From: Candidatus Nealsonbacteria bacterium
GTDB lineage: Bacteria; Patescibacteriota; Minisyncoccia; Minisyncoccales; JANBVM01
Assembly: GCA_047456295.1 (NCBI GenBank)
Contig: CP179887.1
Coordinates: 367,159-431,158 of the forward strand
Direction: 5' to 3'
DNA length: 64,000 bases
Shown piece by piece: positions 62,499 through 64,000 of this stretch. The notes under the pieces are model-generated. The model was not told where the DNA came from, ran no database searches, and was given only the letters and a program-made list of their open reading frames with translations. A program made the position numbers and the translations under genes. The stretch's first letter is position 1. Each line of letters opens with the position of its first letter.

Positions 62499-64000
62499 AT
62501 CTCATTTGAATCTGTTATATTCAATCCCGACCACTTACCACACCTGTCTCCCCAGCGAGCAACAACCTTTCCATCTATTCTTGCCTCTATTACCTCACAT
62601 TGGTTGGGACATCCCTTACAGTGAAAAGAGGTACATTTAATGTCTTTATCTGAAATTCCAAAACCTAAAAATTTAGTTTTTTGAGGCGGGTTTTCTTTTA
62701 TTAAAACAGCTGCCCCAAACGCTCCCAATATCGTATTATATTTAGGCACAATGATTTTTTGTTTTAAGGCATCTTCAAAAGCCTTTTTCATTCCCACATT
62801 TTCAGAAACGCCTCCTAGAAAAACAATTGGTTTCTGAATATTCTTGCCTTTGGCCACATTGGCTAAGAAATTTCTAGCCAGACCCTGACAGAGACCAGCT
62901 ACAATATCTTCTATTTTGTGACCTATCTGTTGTTTGTGAATCATATCTGATTCGCAAAACACCGTGCATCTACTTCCAATATTGGTCGGGTTTTTTGAGA
63001 TTAAAGCCAACTCTCCAAATTTTTCAATCGGAATCTTTAAACGAAAAGCCTGAGCATCAAGAAAAGAACCTGTACCTGCAGCGCAATTGTGAACCGTTAA
63101 GGTGTTAGCTATATAGGAATTATCACCCTTAACCTCGAGGTTATAAACTTTACCTTTAAATCTATATTTTCTAATTTTTCTAATCGGTTCAAAAAGCCAC
63201 TTTGAATAAATAAAAGATTTGTCGCTTCTCTTTTTTAAACTAATTATGTGTTTATCTTCCAGATTATTGATTTTCTCTCCAAATATTTCAAGAAAATAAA
63301 CGTATTTTCCTCCCTTGGTCTTATTAGAAGATTTATTTATCGTACATTTAATTTTATTTCTCAGTAAGAGCCAGTATAACTGGTGAGCTAAATCTTCGGA
63401 AACAGTAGAGGCACAATACCTGTTCCCTTTTTTATTTGGACCTGAAACATCTTTTGGTCTCTGGCGTAGATGTCCATCTCCCCTGAAAAATCCTTTCAAA
63501 ATTTGTTTTTGTAAAGATGGCTCTAAATTTAACAACTCAGTACTCAATCTCTTTTTATCTGCCATTGAACCACAGAGATATTTCATATACTCCGATAAAG
63601 TTTTACTATAGATACCAACTGTAAGAGTTTTATGTTCAGGAATTTTATTAACTGTAATATTAAGATTTTCGAAATTTTGGGAGACAATATTTTTAATATC
63701 TTCCACATAGTTTTGTTCATTAATATTGAACACAAAACTTATCCCACAAGGATATTTTACTTTTTTATCCCACCGAGCTTTGTTGTACAAAATACAGCCT
63801 TCAGCTAAATAATAACCCAATAACCTAAGCGAGTCTGGCGTAAAGATAAATTTATCTATTTCTTTAAATGGTTTAAATATTTTAGGTTCTGTTTTAACTA
63901 CCGAATAATCTATGGAAGGCGGGTCATCTATTTCATTTTCTAAAGATAAAGGTGTGGCAATAAAATCTCCTTTCTTAAGTTCTTTTACTGGAATAAATCT
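62495..64000 (-). CDS. BcrAD/BadFG/HgdC-type ATPase (CoA-substrate-specific enzyme activase-like), intein-containing; 5' end outside window
   Basis: C-extein CAAGTGSFLD...IGSRCTVFCESD...FLGGVSENVGMKKAF...GAFGAAVL aligns with HgdC-like activators and is followed by a Cys-rich tail (CTSFHCKGCPNQC...CGKW). The frame stays open from 63820 to the window edge (no stop in 63821-64000; the M at 63820 is a TTG Leu codon). Confidence 0.75.
   Translation of the reverse strand, partial: RFIPVKELKKGDFIATPLSLENEIDDPPSIDYSVVKTEPKIFKPFKEIDKFIFTPDSLRLLGYYLAEGCILYNKARWDKKVKYPCGISFVFNINEQNYVEDIKNIVSQNFENLNITVNKIPEHKTLTVGIYSKTLSEYMKYLCGSMADKKRLSTELLNLEPSLQKQILKGFFRGDGHLRQRPKDVSGPNKKGNRYCASTVSEDLAHQLYWLLLRNKIKCTINKSSNKTKGGKYVYFLEIFGEKINNLEDKHIISLKKRSDKSFIYSKWLFEPIRKIRKYRFKGKVYNLEVKGDNSYIANTLTVHNCAAGTGSFLDAQAFRLKIPIEKFGELALISKNPTNIGSRCTVFCESDMIHKQQIGHKIEDIVAGLCQGLARNFLANVAKGKNIQKPIVFLGGVSENVGMKKAFEDALKQKIIVPKYNTILGAFGAAVLIKENPPQKTKFLGFGISDKDIKCTSFHCKGCPNQCEVIEARIDGKVVARWGDRCGKWSGLNITDSNEI
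63086..64000 (-). mobile_element. Intein with LAGLIDADG endonuclease domain in the activase gene (N-terminal part beyond window edge)
   Basis: LAGLIDADG motifs LLGYYLAEGC and LKGFFRGDGH. C-terminal splice junction ...YIANTLTVHN|CAAGTG, with the Asn codon at 63086-63088 and the +1 Cys at 63083-63085. Confidence 0.85.

Noticed and set aside
1-64000. A search for CRISPR arrays, rRNA genes, IS elements, integrases and large inverted or direct repeats.
   Set aside because: No regularly spaced repeat arrays were seen; the only direct repeats are two-copy (topA end, smpB 5' end, KKDTDI). No rRNA-like conserved strings and no transposase or integrase-like ORFs appear among the translations. This was visual inspection only, so short or degenerate elements could have been missed.

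Overview
AT-rich, densely packed bacterial chromosome segment, mostly housekeeping genes, largely on the minus strand. It encodes six aminoacyl-tRNA synthetases (hisS, leuS, metG, glyQS, ileS, argS), ftsA-ftsZ and intein-containing nrdD plus nrdG. It also carries cell-wall precursor genes (glmS, a GlmU-like gene, murA, a YvcK-like gene), a two-subunit 2-oxoacid:ferredoxin oxidoreductase, topA, a shortened mfd, recO, polX, infC-rpmI-rplT, smpB-ssrA (tmRNA), greA, rtcA, two mevalonate-pathway genes and two tRNAs. The streamlined proteins, many small hypothetical membrane proteins, inteins and mevalonate genes suggest a small-genome uncultivated lineage (CPR/Patescibacteria-like). That placement is inference only. 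I saw no rRNA, CRISPR array, transposase or integrase. The most unusual items are listed here. (1) IleRS carries a complete histidine-phosphatase (PGAM-like) domain inserted in-frame in the middle of the enzyme. (2) A RelE/ParE toxin-antitoxin cassette sits between a decayed duplicate of the smpB 5' end and the intact smpB, whose GTG start overlaps the toxin stop. (3) A well-formed, promoter- and terminator-equipped tRNA has an ACU anticodon and Arg-like identity features, and lies in a small accessory islet next to argS. (4) Two LAGLIDADG inteins are present, one in NrdD and one in a BcrAD/HgdC-type ATPase (activase) just before the predicted Fe-S ligand cysteine. (5) Consensus sigma70-like promoters recur 5-10 nt from start codons, implying leaderless mRNAs. 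All calls come from reading the sequence and ORF translations by eye; no searches were run.
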